Source: Eledone cirrhosa
Lineage: Eukaryota
Assembly (NCBI GenBank): GCA_964016885.1
Contig: OZ024745.1
Location: 50,158,001-50,222,000 of the forward strand
Length of the DNA: 64,000 nucleotides
Direction: 5' to 3'
The notes below the pieces were generated by a model. It was not told the DNA's origin and searched no databases. It was given only the letters and a program-made list of their open reading frames with translations. Shown here one piece after another: positions 1 to 13,565 of the stretch (the stretch's first letter is position 1; each line of letters starts with the position of its first letter). A program made the position numbers and the translations under genes.

Positions 1-2420
1 TGTAGGGAAACAGATAAGGCTAGTGTAAGTTGTCCACAATTTAAAATAATCGACTACACGGACCACAAATTTGTGATATGGGAAGTTGACTTAGATAGAC
101 TCCATGGGCAAGGGCCCGGCTACTGGAAGCTAAACGCGTCGTTCCCGGTGTGCAAAGCTTACAGAGATCGGATTAGCGAATTAGTTAAGCGTGCGTTGAC
201 AGGTGCGATCGTCAACAACAGGTGGTGGTTTAACCTGAAAAGGGCTATTAGAATAGAATCGATAAAGTTTAGCAAAGGAGTAGTGATTGAGGAAAATAGA
301 GTAGAGGAAGAGCTAATTAGAAAGCTAGAAGAGGCGTTTGTGACAGGCATCACAACCGACGAGCTAGCGGCGAGATTGGCGCACGACCAATTCTCTCAAT
401 GCAAAGTATGAAGGATGCCTTGTCAGATCTAGAGCGCATGCTCTGAGACACGAGGGGACGAAAGCCGTTCAATGGACCCGGGTGATGGAGGCGCGACGTG
501 GCAACAAATCCACAATTCGGTCTTTGCCTGATTAAAATGGGCGCATGTTGCTCGAGCCCGAGCAGATGTGTGTGGCTTTTCAACAGCACTTTGCTCAATT
601 GTTCGGGAGCGGCGGCGGGTCGGATCGGACTATGGACTTCGGTGCATACCTCGAAGGACTGACGCGACTTTCGAGGACCGCAGCGCGGTGCTGCGAAAAG
701 CCGATAACAGCAGGTAAAATACGGGAAGCGATGTCTGACTGCAGGAGGGGTAAATCGCCAGGTTTGGATGGTCTGCTCTACGAGCTTTATGCGTACATGA
801 CAGACTTGTTCGGCGACCTCTTGACAGATGTCTATTGCAGCTGGCAGCAGAACGGGAGCATTCCCAGTTTTGTGAGCCGGGGAGCGTTGGTGCTGCTGAA
901 AAAAAGAGCCGAACAAGGGGGACGTTATAGACAACTTCAGGCCCATAACTCTGCTAAACGCAGAGTTCAATATTTTGGCCAAGTTGTTAGCAAAGAGATT
1001 GGAGCTTGTCGTCGCTGATCTGGTGGGACAGGCGCAGACATGCGCCATTCCAGACAGATCCATCCACGACAACCTCCACCTCATGCGATACATCATAGAG
1101 AGGGTGGTTAAGGAACCTGTCACGGGTGGGGCGCTGATCAACTTAGATCAATCTAAGGCATTTGATAGGGTCGACCATCGGTACCTGGCGGTGGTCCTCG
1201 AGGCGGCTGGTTTCGGACCCATTTTCAGGGGTTGGATCGCTGCGATGCACAGCGACATCTGCTCAGTTGTGAAGGTGAACGGTCATCTGTCACAGCCGTT
1301 CAGCATCATGCGCTCGGTCTGCCAGGGTTGTCGCCTCTCGTCGCCCTTGTACGCATTGGCCCTAGAGCCGTTACTGCACAATTTGGAGGCGATGAGAGAC
1401 GTCCCACGTGAACTGGGATGTGGGAGATCCGTATAGGCTTACGCCAAAGACGTCACCGTGGTGGTGTCAAGCACCGGGCATATCCAGATGTTCGGCACCG
1501 CTCTGAAGAAATATGAAGCAGTGACAGGAGCAAAGTTAATCCAGGAAAAGATGGTGGGCTTGCAGCTCGGCACTTGGAGAGGCAAGTCCATGTCACCCGA
1601 CAGCGTCGTGGGGAGCTGGACGAAAAGACCGGTTAAATTGCTTGGGGTCTGATTCGGTCCGGACCTCCAGATGGAGAAAAACTGGAGCGAGGTGACGAAC
1701 AGGGTGGTCTTTCTCACCCAGAAATGGGCCGAGAGGAAGCTGTCCCCGAAAGGTCGGGCAGAGGTGGCGAATGCGTTCATCGCATCCGTCATCTGCTACC
1801 GCCTAACCCTTATGCTTTGCCCCGGCCCAACTCTGACAAAAATGGAGTGCCTCCTCTTCCGCTTTTTATGGAAGGGACGTGCTCCCATGGTGAGACGATC
1901 CATTTCCTGTCAACACCCGTTGCGTGGAGGGCTGGGCATGCAGTGGCTGATGATGCGCAAACACGCGCTGAGGCTGCGACATCTCTGGTGCTTCCTTGAC
2001 GGTGAACAGGTGTGGTCACCGTTTGCCAGACGTCTTTTTCCCCAGCTCATCTCATTAACGGAGCTGCAGTCCTGGATCAGGAAAAGACCGAGGGATAGCG
2101 CTTGAAAGCTGGAATGTCTCCAAGCACTCACAGCCTTCTTTCAGCTGGGCACTAGTATCGGTGGAACATCCATCTCGGCGTTCTATAGAGGACTAGTGGA
2201 GGGGAAGAGTGACGACGTTCTCGTTTACACGGCCAAAACCCACTTTGTATCGTCCTGTACCGTCGTTCTGTGCCTTCTGTAATGCTTTTCTTCATGTTAG
2301 CCTGTAAATTGAAGGTGGAAAACTGGGAGAGGGCACTTGCCCTGGTGGTCAGGGTCACCGTGACTTTTTTTAATGAGCTTTCTCCAAGAATGTCCCTCGG
2401 AAGTCCCCCCTCCCCCCTAT
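1..2420 (+). mobile_element. Degenerate Tx1/L1-clade LINE (ORF2: end of endonuclease region, RT, part of C-terminus, then deletion to 3' UTR)
   Basis: Frameshifted ORFs 73-411, 545-1018, 975-1436, 1458-1652 and 1671-2105 carry GPGYWKLN, KSPGLDG, LDQSKAFDRVDH, QGCRLS and GGLG motifs. 2300-2365 matches the 3' UTR of the copy at 55090-55160 in inverted orientation. Confidence 0.9.
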
Positions 2421-3837
2421 GATTATTATTTTTCCATAGCATTCTTTCTCCCCTAAATTATTCTTTCATAGCGTTAGTACGTCTAGTCTGACAATTATGT
2501 ATAACGCTGTATAACTTCGCTACACTAAATTATATTTTTACTTCATATTGTTAAATCACCTCTTTATTTCACATATTGTTGATACCACGTTTTACATATA
2601 ATATATTTTATATATTGTTGTATGCATTTCACTTACCCTTCAATTCCATTATTTATTTATTTGTTTACTTATTCACTTATTTATTTACTTGTCTACATTT
2701 AACTTCTATCTCATCCTACTCACCCCCAAATAGTTTTACTCTTAACTCTATTCCCCATCACCCCATGGACACTAGACTTCCTTTTCTCTATCTTTTTCTT
2801 TCTACTACCCAATGTCACCTTCCATCTCCTTCTATTCTGTTATCGCATCTATTCATCTCTTAAATCTCATCCCAACACCCTCACATCGCCAAATAAGCGC
2901 AAACCTGTCCACTAAACGGCGAAAACATCAGCCCCATCCCCACCTCTATCAATTAAAGTACCCCACCATCATTCTTTCATCTTCTCAATCCCTTCCTTTC
3001 TTCTAATTCTTACCCTCTCCTATCCTACATACTCACACTTTTCTTCTCACAAAACCACCAATCAAAATGAAGTAAAAATTACCATCATAAATGAATGAGA
3101 ATTGATGTATATTTTCTCTAAGCTGTAAAGCAAAGGTTCTCAACCCATTTCGGCCAACGCTCCCTTTTGCCCCTCGAAATCACGAAACGCCCCCTACCCT
3201 ATTTTTCCATTTTTCAATATACTACTGATTTTGATATCAGTAGATTACTGGGCCAAATCAAGTTACGTTAGAATCTTTAACTCGTACGAATTAAATACAA
3301 ACAAGTTTCAGTTTCAAAAGCAAGCTATTTCAAATTATATATTTTTGAAAAATAGACGTGAATGTTCTCAAAGATTTGATCTCAGTCGAAAAAGCTTTTT
3401 TTTTTAAATTCTATATTTCACTGTTAGCTGTTGTAATATTTTGAGTGGATAGAAAATTCTACAATTCAAACTGTAAAGTGAAAATACAAAAGATGCAAAA
3501 TATGAAGAATTTCTTACCTTTCTCTGAAATCACAAACTCAGAGAGAAAATAGTACCTTGCAAAATAAAATACTTAGTAACAACGAATGAATTGAGAAGCT
3601 TGGTGACAGTGAGAAAGCATTATCTGTATCCCTTATATATATACATAGATAGATACACACACACAAACACACACATGAACGCGCACGCACGCACACATAC
3701 ACACACACACATACATACACATACACAAACTTGTGTGTGTGTGCCTTGGTTTTGGTACAGAAAGAATTTTGTCTCCAGTTTTTATTGCCGGGTTAGAGAC
3801 CACGGCTCTTTTTTTAACAGCGCCATATATATATATA

Positions 3838-4440
3838 TACTAGCAGTGGTACCCGGCGTTGCACGGGATAAGGTATTTTGGAACGCGGACCGCCAACAGA
3901 CCTAATCGTGGAAAAGCTGCATGCTTGGACAATATGTAAAGAAAATAAACCGAATACTCTGATGGCTGGATAATCTAAGATTTTCCTCGATGAAGCAGGA
4001 AAAAGGCAGGAGATCAAGAAAATGAATTTTTTTTATGTGCATAATATGCCTTGAAATTTCGGGAAAATCGGCTAGACGTAACGCCTCAAAAAAGCCCTAA
4101 AAAGCTGAAAAAAAATTAAGTTTTTCACCTAGGCCATAAAAAAGTTGGATTTTCTTTGCTCCCGGTATGAAGAAGAGACTGACTAATACATAGTTACAAT
4201 TTCAAGGAAATCGGTCTGACGTAACGCCTCAAAAAATCCATAAAAAGTTGAAAGAAACGGCAGTTTTTCACCTAATGCTAGGGGATAAAAAAAAGTTGAA
4301 TTTTTTATGTGCATAACACTCCCTGAAACATAAGTAATACACATATAAAGTTTGAAAAAGATCGGTTGGGTACTTCTCGGGTTTCACACACAAGCTTAAA
4401 GTGCTTGTATTACATATAACACCCTGCCGCACTATAATCT
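3838..4440 (+). mobile_element. Probable non-autonomous Helitron/Helentron-like element
   Basis: Begins TACTAGCAGTGGTACCCGGCGTTGCACGGG after a (TA)n tract, resembling Helentron/DINE-like termini. Internal imperfect direct repeats (GGAAAATCGG...GACGTAACGCCTCAAAAAA) occur at ~4060 and ~4205. Confidence 0.45.
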
Positions 4441-4539
4441 TATATAAACTAGACACACGTGCATGCCCCATGTGTAACTATTGTTTACACTAACTACTTC
4501 AAACTATCCTCTTGCTTTATCTTCGTAAACTGCCAATGT

Positions 4540-4957
4540 TGTATTTTAACTTTAATTTTGTTCTTTGATATGACTTTAATCTTTGAATGTAAATTGCCAT
4601 GCTAAATATTATAATGGATGTCAACCCACTGTGCATCAATATATACATATGTTTCTGTATGTCTCTTGTGTTGAAAAGGAGGTCATGTATGTAAATAATC
4701 ATTGAAACATTGCTCCGAAGACTCCAAACCTCGGTTTGGAAGAAACAATTGTAAGCGAATAAATGGTTTAAACAGAACTTTGATTCATCTAATTTCTATA
4801 TAACTGCTCTGTAGAACAACTGATGTTATTAAATTGAGCTATTTATCTTACTGGTAATAAGGTAGTAATATATTACTGTCTTTCACTATTTAGGGTTTAA
4901 AATATATATAACTATAAAAGGTTTTAGTATATAAATAACCATAAATAGTATCCTTAA

Positions 4958-4960
<3 letters not shown>
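4540..4960 (+). repeat. Dispersed repeat copy A (PLE pseudo-LTR-like, hammerhead-bearing)
   Basis: Clearly homologous over ~420 bp to 46735-47162. Both copies end in AAATAGTATCCTTAATA followed by (TA)n. Confidence 0.85.
4710..4758 (+). ncRNA. Type I hammerhead ribozyme motif, variant core CCGAAGA
   Basis: Stem I TTGCT/AGCGA; core CCGAAGA 4715-4721; stem II TCCAAAC-CTCG-GTTTGGA; GAAA 4742-4745; palindromic stem III CAATTG; cleavage triplet GUA. Confidence 0.75.
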
Positions 4961-5023
<63 letters not shown>

Positions 5024-5481
5024 GAATAAATGAACAGAGAACAAAAAACAGAGAGGAAGTACAAATGATATGGTTTTTAGTTTCACGCATACACACATAT
5101 ATACGTACATACACTTACGTATGTATATAGCTATGCATTTATACATTTGTGTATATATACATGCATTTATATTTAAGTGTGTAAGGATGTTGACATGATT
5201 TATGGTTTGTTTGTTTTTTGGTAAAGAGAAAATTCTGTCTCCAGATTCTATTACCTAGGGAGATTAAATAATAATAATGAAATTATTGTGTAAAGTGCTC
5301 AGGTGCACTACAACTCGTCAAAGGTGCATGTATAGTACATAGAATAATATACAAATGTCAGGGAAGTGAATAGTGTATGAGTCATGATATACGTGTGTGT
5401 ATGTGTATGGAGGGGGAACATATACCACAGCTCTGGCTGAAAGCTGACCAGGTTCTCAACCTCATCAAACACTAACGCAGG

Positions 5482-5576
<95 letters not shown>

Positions 5577-6127
5577 ATGTATGTATGTACGTATACATGT
5601 GTGTGTATGTTCGTATGTATGTATACACTAACACCTTCCATCACCATTGCTTCTTTTTGTTGTCATTTCTGTTGAAGTTGTTCTTGTAACTGTTGTCAAA
5701 GTTGTCTTATTTTCATTTTCTTGGATTTCTTTTGTTTTTCTTTTATCTCCCTATGGAATTCGTTGACAAACTTCTTTTATTTATTTTCTTCGTTTTCTTC
5801 ATTCAAATGCATTCACACTGGCTGTCTAAGAGACGTACAGATATGACTTATAAAATTTACCAAACTAAAGGGGCTTCCAGCGCCCCCCAAAGTTTCACCC
5901 CCCCCCCAGGGGTTCTGAAACCCCCCCGTTGAGAACCTTTACAGTGTAAAGGAATCATTCTGCCATTACCTTAACAGGAGTCCGACGAGCTTTTGATTCC
6001 AGAATCAGGCTCGACCGATACAGATCGAATCTTGAATTGATCAATCTCTAAACGCGTGTCTCACCTCAATAAATGTAATGAAAATTTAACACCTTATCCA
6101 TTTTATCATTATTATTACACTCTGCTT

Positions 6128-6470
6128 GGATTGGCAGTATTGGTAGAGGGTCGGACTCCATGCTTTGCAGCATAGAGTTACGGCCCTTTATGATCTAAGT
6201 TCAAATCCCGCCGAGGTTAACTTTGTCTTTCATCCTTACAGGGTCGATAAAATAAAGTACCAGTTACGCACTGGGTCGATTTAATCGACTTTCTCCTCCC
6301 CAAAAATTGCTGGCCTGGTGCCTATATAAGAAACCATTGGCAGTTCGGTAGAGGGTCGGACGCCCTTGCCATTCTGAGTTCAAATCCCGCTGAGATTAAC
6401 TTTGCCTTACGGAGCGATAAAATAAAGTAGCAGTAATGTACTGGGTTATTGCTGCCAAAAGTAGAAACAA
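6128..6470 (+). mobile_element. Two tandem copies of a tRNA-derived SINE (octopus-type)
   Basis: B-box-like GTTCAAATCC followed by CGCCGAGGTTAACTTTGCCTTTCATCC...GGTCGATAAAATAAAGTACCAGT. The same motif recurs many times in the window. Confidence 0.85.
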
Positions 6471-6764
6471 TTATTACACTCTGCTTAGTACAACACCAAA
6501 GTACCTACTGGAGACTACGCATCGAGTGCTCACTTTGGTAAACCTACAGTAACTTGACGTTACAATCCCTAAACTACACACACACACACACATATATATA
6601 TGTATATGTATATATAGGAAAATGTTCAAGACCCCGACGGCAGAGCCCAAGCCGTTTCGACGGCTATTTCTGGACTTTTGAAGAAACTGGAGCTTGGTGG
6701 AAAAGTCGGGATTTGGCGTGGTAGGGTTCCTTACCACACTTCCGTCATTATATGTATATATATA

Positions 6765-6824
6765 AACTCTGATGACACTCATGGTCTACTTACAAATGGC
6801 GAATTTTTGAAACAATTGTCAGTT
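6765..6824 (+). ncRNA. Type I hammerhead ribozyme motif (stem II degenerate)
   Basis: AACT-CTGATGA (6769-6775)...GAAA (6809-6812)-CAATTG-TC-AGTT. Downstream sequence (AATAAATG...CTTTGATT...ATAACAGCTCTG) resembles the 4710 family. Confidence 0.7.
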
Positions 6825-6979
6825 AATAAATGCCTTAAGTCTTTGATTTGTATACAAACTGTAAAATATAACAGCTCTGCAGGACCCTCACTGATTTGAG
6901 CTAAAAAAAATAACACCTAGTAAATGTGTATATTTAATCTCATTAATATTATAATAATATTATTATTATTGTTATTATT

Positions 6980-7045
<66 letters not shown>

Positions 7046-7138
7046 AAAAATGGAGTGCTGCGTGGTTGCACAAGGGTTACATATGAATAAAATTAGTCCT
7101 TCATCAGTGATCTTCCAACTTTCATTGGTATTTCATCG

Positions 7139-7190
<52 letters not shown>

Positions 7191-7837
7191 TAAATATCTT
7201 TAAGTCGTTTGGAAGCCTCGACAATGCAAATGGGTAAATCTCCGGGTAACAAGATCCGGTGGTGGAGAGAGAGATGTGAGTGGGGGGTGTACGTTGAGAT
7301 GCGTGGTGTGTATAAGACGTGTAGAAGAAAGAAGGAAAGTGTATAAAGGATAAAATAAAAATAACAACACGAGAGAGAGTTACCTTGGGAGAGATTTAAT
7401 TATCCCTATATATTTCGGATTCACATCCATCAACTGGGGTTTTTTCCGGGGTGGGGGAAAGGTTGTCTGTCGGAAAGGTGCGAAACGCGTCCTCCGCTGT
7501 TTGTTATTTTGAATATCAAAACAACAAACAGCGGAGGACGCGTTTCGCATCTTTCCGACAGACAACCTTTCCCCCACCCCGGAAAAAACCCCAGTTGATG
7601 GATGTGAATCCGAAATATATAGGGATAATTAAATCTCTCCCAAGGTAACTCTCTCTCGTGTTGTTATTTTTATTTTATCCTTTATACACTTTCCTTCTTT
7701 CTTCTACACGTCTTATACACACCACGCATCTCAACGTACACCCCCCACTCACATCTCTCTCTCCACCACCGGATCTTGTTACCCGGAGATTTACCCATTT
7801 GCATTGTCGAGGCTTCCAAACGACTTAAAGATATTTA
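7191..7837. repeat. Near-perfect 647-bp palindrome (322-bp arms, 3-nt loop)
   Basis: 7191-7512 is the reverse complement of 7516-7837, with two mismatches seen. Flanked by (TA)n tracts. Confidence 0.95.
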
Positions 7838-7877
7838 CCTATTATTCCACAATGCTTCAAGCAAACTTCAATACTCT

Positions 7878-9660
<1,783 letters not shown>

Positions 9661-9834
9661 ATAATTATTTAACCCATAAATGGGGCCCTAACAGGTACTA
9701 TTACTCCAGAGCAGCCTGGGAGTGATAACAACTAAGGGGTAACTTCACATTCCCCGAACTGGAGCCTTGCCATTGGATGTAGTTTAATGTCATACCCAGG
9801 ACATATCTATATATATATATATATATGTCTATGT

Positions 9835-10105
9835 CTAGGGCGGGTAAAATTCCCGAGATCCATGGACGAGTTCTCTCCAGCGGTCTCTGTCGTCCCTCAT
9901 TATCGCTGCCATGTCCTGCGTCTCCAAGAGGCCGGTGTCTGTCCTTATGGTATCAACATATGTTAACCTCGGTCTTCCTCTTCCTGTGTGTCCATGCAGG
10001 GGCTCCCACAGGAGAACTGAGTGCAGTGTCAACTCTGGATGTCGGTGAGTATGTCCAGCCAACCTCAGTCTCCCCTGTGCCACTCTCTAGCCTACTTTTG
10101 GGAGC
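9835..10105 (-). mobile_element. 5'-truncated second copy of the same RTE-like LINE 3' end
   Basis: Aligns to 8012-8285 with several substitutions and encodes the same C-terminal peptide. Confidence 0.85.
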
Positions 10106-10609
10106 TTATATATATCCTTAATCACCGCCAGTTGCATCCATATCAGCGAATTCTTCCGCAAGACAACAGAAGCAGATTTGAACCGGGAACTGGAGACAGC
10201 TGTGACCGATTTGATCGACGAAGGCCTCGGCTTCTCCCAGAATGTTGATGTCCAACGCAACGGGGACAACATTAAATGCAGGTCAACCTTGACGAAGATC
10301 GAGACTTCCTTAGACCTACACCGTCTCGCCTGCCTCCGTTCTGCTTCGGAGACAAGCAACGACACATGAGTCAATTCCCTGTCATTCTCATCTTCCGGTA
10401 CCCTTCTTGATGATGTGTGCACTCGCAGTGGAGTGGCTCAGGGCCTCGGCCTCCGCATTTCTGAGTTGCCCAAATGCCGTTGTGAAGCCGCTGTTGAAGA
10501 GTTCGGCCTGCACTAGCTATCTTTCGTACATCGGAATAAACCCATTGTCAGTTATAACCAAAGGGTTTATGAGAAGTAGTTAAGCACCAAAAATCGCTAA
10601 GACATAATA

Positions 10610-10795
10610 ATTGTTTCTACTTTTGGCACAAGGCCAACAATTATTCCAGTGTATTACTGGTACTTTGTATTATCGACCCGGTAAGGATGAAAGGCAAAGT
10701 TAACCTGGGCGGGATTTGAAATCAGAATGGCAAGGGCCGTAACTCTTTGCTGCAAAGCATGGCATCCGACTCTCTACCGATATTGCCAATCCACT
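10610..10795 (-). mobile_element. SINE copy in the intron upstream of the sulfotransferase exon
   Basis: Reverse complement of the 6128 SINE (ACTGGTACTT...ATCGACCC...GGATGAAAGGCAAAGTTAACC...GGGATTTGAA). Confidence 0.85.
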
Positions 10796-10882
10796 AATGT
10801 TCTTCTCTTATAGTTCATTATATCTATGGTACTTACTTTGTTAGTTAAAACTTTGATTCTCAAATCTATTTTTCTTTTTTAG

Positions 10883-12029
10883 GTATATATTATACGCGCT
10901 TATTATAGGCGCTGCAGTTTTTATATATCTGGATCGAATTCAATGTTTTCGAAAGAAAGAAGTACACTACGTTGCAGATGTCTCTACCAACAAATATTCA
11001 ACAGAAAACCAGGGTTCTCTCAATTCTAAAAGAAAATACCACAATAACTCACAATCTTCAAAACCATATAATCAATGCAAACCCCAAACGGATATTGTAT
11101 TTTTAAAGGTACACAAATCAGGAGGCTCTTCAGTTCTGAATATCGTTCATCGTTTTGGATTTTATAGAAAACTTGTTTTTGTTTTACCCAAAATACAAAA
11201 TATTATCAGTAAGACAAAAAACCTTGATCTCAATGCCGTCAAGCCTCCACCGAAGGGCAAACATTATAATATCCTAAGTCACCATTTGGTTTACAACCGA
11301 TCTGTAATCCGTAGTTTATTTCCAAATAACACTTTTTACTTTGCTATCGTCCGTCGACCGTTTGAACAATTTCTTTCTGCTTTTAATTTTTACAAGTATG
11401 CACCTCTCGTCTATCACAGTAAGACAGAGAAACTTAACGAAATTGCAAGTCATTTAAAATATCCTGATAAGACAAAAAAACAAGATATTCCATATTTGGA
11501 CAATGGGATGGCGTATGATTTTGGTTTGTCTCCAAAATACTTTTTAAATAAAACTGCAATAAAGAACTATATTTCAATGATTGATAAAGATTTTAACTTC
11601 GTAATGATAATGGAATATTTCGAAGAGTCTCTTGTGCTTTTACGTCGATATCTTTGTTGGGAAACGAAAGACATTGTCTCAGTCAAAATGAATTCAAGGA
11701 AACGTATACATACTGAGTCTTCTATCACTGACTATATAACACACAAGAATATGAGTTTGGCGGATTATATGATTTACGAATATTTTCTGAATAAATTTTG
11801 GACTTTAGTTGTACAGGAGGGGCCGTCATTTTTCGAAGAACTCACATTTTTCCGAGAAATTCAAAAGATGGTAACAAAATTTTGTATATCTGGGGAAAAA
11901 GGGAAGATTTCCATACCTAAATCCAAGTGGAATAAGGCATTTACAATAAATAAAGCGGAATGCCGTTTCATCTGGTTGAACGAAAATCCGTTTTTGGACA
12001 TTATCAAAGTTCGCCAATCTAAAATGTAG
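10883..12029 (+). CDS. Terminal coding exon of a galactose-3-O-sulfotransferase (Gal3ST/cerebroside sulfotransferase family) type II Golgi membrane protein
   Basis: Polypyrimidine tract and AG acceptor end at 10882. The open frame from 10884 reads YILYALIIGAAVFIYL (TM anchor), a stem region, CKPQTDIVFLKVHKSGGSSVLNIVHRFG..L.FVLP (5'-PAPS-binding motif), FAIVRRPFEQFLSAFNFY (3'-PB motif), NGMAYDFG and FNFVMIMEYFEESLVLLRRYLCW, ending at TAG 12027-12029. The ORF track start at 11286 is internal; the start exon was not located. Confidence 0.92.
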
Positions 12030-12121
12030 AAAGAAAAATATCACCTAGAAATTGATTGACATACTCTTTTACTCTTTTACCTATTTCAGCCATCCGGCTG
12101 AGGCCATGTAAATATATCTAA

Positions 12122-12127
12122 AATAAA
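12122..12127 (+). promoter_or_regulatory. Candidate polyadenylation signal for the Gal3ST-like gene
   Basis: AATAAA ~95 nt after the stop codon. A further AATAAA lies at ~12297. Confidence 0.35.
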
Positions 12128-13118
12128 CATGAAACAATCACAGGGAATAATTTGGAAAAGTGTGTAAGAACACATAGCTATGTAGGTAACTAAAAAAATA
12201 GATACCTTATAAATTGATTAATCTTCCTTGTATATATTCCATTAAAGAAATATATTTCACCAATGAATCGATTGGTAAGAGATTTATATATATAGAAATA
12301 AAAATATATCTGTAAACACAATATATTTTTCGTACAAGATGCGTTGCTGATTTCTTCCAGCACTTCACATTCTGTGTTCAAATCCCACCGTGGTCAAATG
12401 AATTTTACTCTTCCGGGGTCAATTAATAAAGTACTGGTTTAAAAATGGAGTCGATGTTCACGCCTGGCGAGGGAGGTACTCCACTTGGTTTAAGCATCCA
12501 AGACTACTCTCATGTTTGTATCGAAATTTATATATTAACCATACACGTAGAAGGAGTCACCGCAACACATTTCCATATGGTAGATGCAAAAAAAAAAAAA
12601 AATAGAACTATATTAGTGGATGAGACAACAGTTCTATGCATAATCCCATATAAAACAAGATAAACAACTATGGACGATTTTTAATCTATGTTTATAATTT
12701 TTATGTGCGTGTGTGGGGCTAAATTTGTGGGTGTTTATGTGATGTGTTTCTGTAATGCTTGTGTTCTGTTGTATGTAGACGATTAGGTTTTGGTTGTTTA
12801 TGTTTATTGCTGTATAGTAAGAGGGGATTGTTTCTGTTGGATATGATTTTATTGTTGTCGATGTGGATTTGGTTGTGTTTGTGATGACTTTGGTGCCTGT
12901 GGTGTCTGTTGTGGTGTTAATGGTGGTGGTTGCGAGGTTGTTGTTGCTGGTGTTGGTGGTGGTGTCTGTTGTGGTGTTAATGGTGGTGGTGGTGGTGGTG
13001 TCTGTTGTGGTGTTAATGGTGGTGGTTGCGAGGTTGTTGTTGCTGGTGTTGGTGGTGGTGGTGGTGGTGGTGTCTGTTGTGGTGTTAATGGTGGTGGTTG
13101 TGAGGTTGTTGTTGCTGG

Positions 13119-13565
13119 TGTTGGTGACGTGGTTAGTGGGTCTGGTCACTACTTCTGATCGGATCTGAGGATAGCCCTTAAAGGGACTGTTATCGCATAC
13201 GGTAAGGATGAACAGACAAAGGAAGAAGTTGAAAGGACGAGCAGGCAAGAGATGTAGTTTCGTTCAACGATTTATTCCATACACGAAGCGACGATACAGA
13301 GGTACAAGGCGTGTGTGAGTGGCATGTGTGGCAGAGGAGAGAAACAACGATACGCTAGCTGACTCTGCCAAAGGTCGACTGACGAAAGTGTTTGGAACCA
13401 CTCTATTTTTACAAAAATAATCGTTTGACGTTTAGCCGCTGTGTAGGCGTTTTATTTTGGTGGCCTAAGGGTTGTTTGTTTCACTGGGGTGAGGTAGCTA
13501 GGTAGGCAGATAGAGAGAGTTGTTTATTTCACTGGTAAGGACATGTTATTTCCGGTGGCTGTACA
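13119..13565 (-). repeat. 3' LTR of Gypsy element
   Basis: Near-identical to 17590-18089 except for an extra internal repeat unit in the latter. Preceded on the minus strand by a short purine-rich tract (GGCAGGGGCTAA). Confidence 0.92.

Larger units (their letters stand above)
3131..5941. mobile_element. Possible hAT/Charlie-like terminal inverted repeats enclosing nested insertions
   Basis: CAAAGGTTCTCAAC at 3131 is inverted relative to GTTGAGAACCTTTA at 5928-5941, each with C-rich subterminal motifs. No clean 8-bp target-site duplication was found. Confidence 0.35.

Noticed and set aside
350-1141. 263-aa minus-strand ORF and other antisense ORFs over LINE and Gypsy regions
   Set aside because: Antisense shadows of GC-rich retroelement coding sequence.
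3505-3575. Possible minus-strand micro-exon (TTTCAG...AAG/GTAAGA)
   Set aside because: Splice-like motifs alone are common in AT-rich DNA and there is no supporting coding context.
4886-5689. [12 protein letters not shown] ORFs (also near 6924, 7804, 21790, 47164 and 61165)
   Set aside because: Dinucleotide microsatellite read-through.
7085-7112. Minus-strand CTGATGA (TCATCAG at ~7101) and plus-strand CTGATGA at ~25084
   Set aside because: No matching GAAA-stem III-UH half with closing stems found. At most these are truncated remnants.
7467-7497. GAAACGCGTC hammerhead half-motif
   Set aside because: No CUGANGA-like core or adjacent stem I partner in register upstream.
7380-7648. Near-identical 65-aa ORFs on both strands
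   Set aside because: Consequence of the DNA palindrome; no recognisable protein features.
10110-10560. GC-richer coding-like fragment
   Set aside because: No recognisable motif; probably a retroelement remnant but cannot be assigned.
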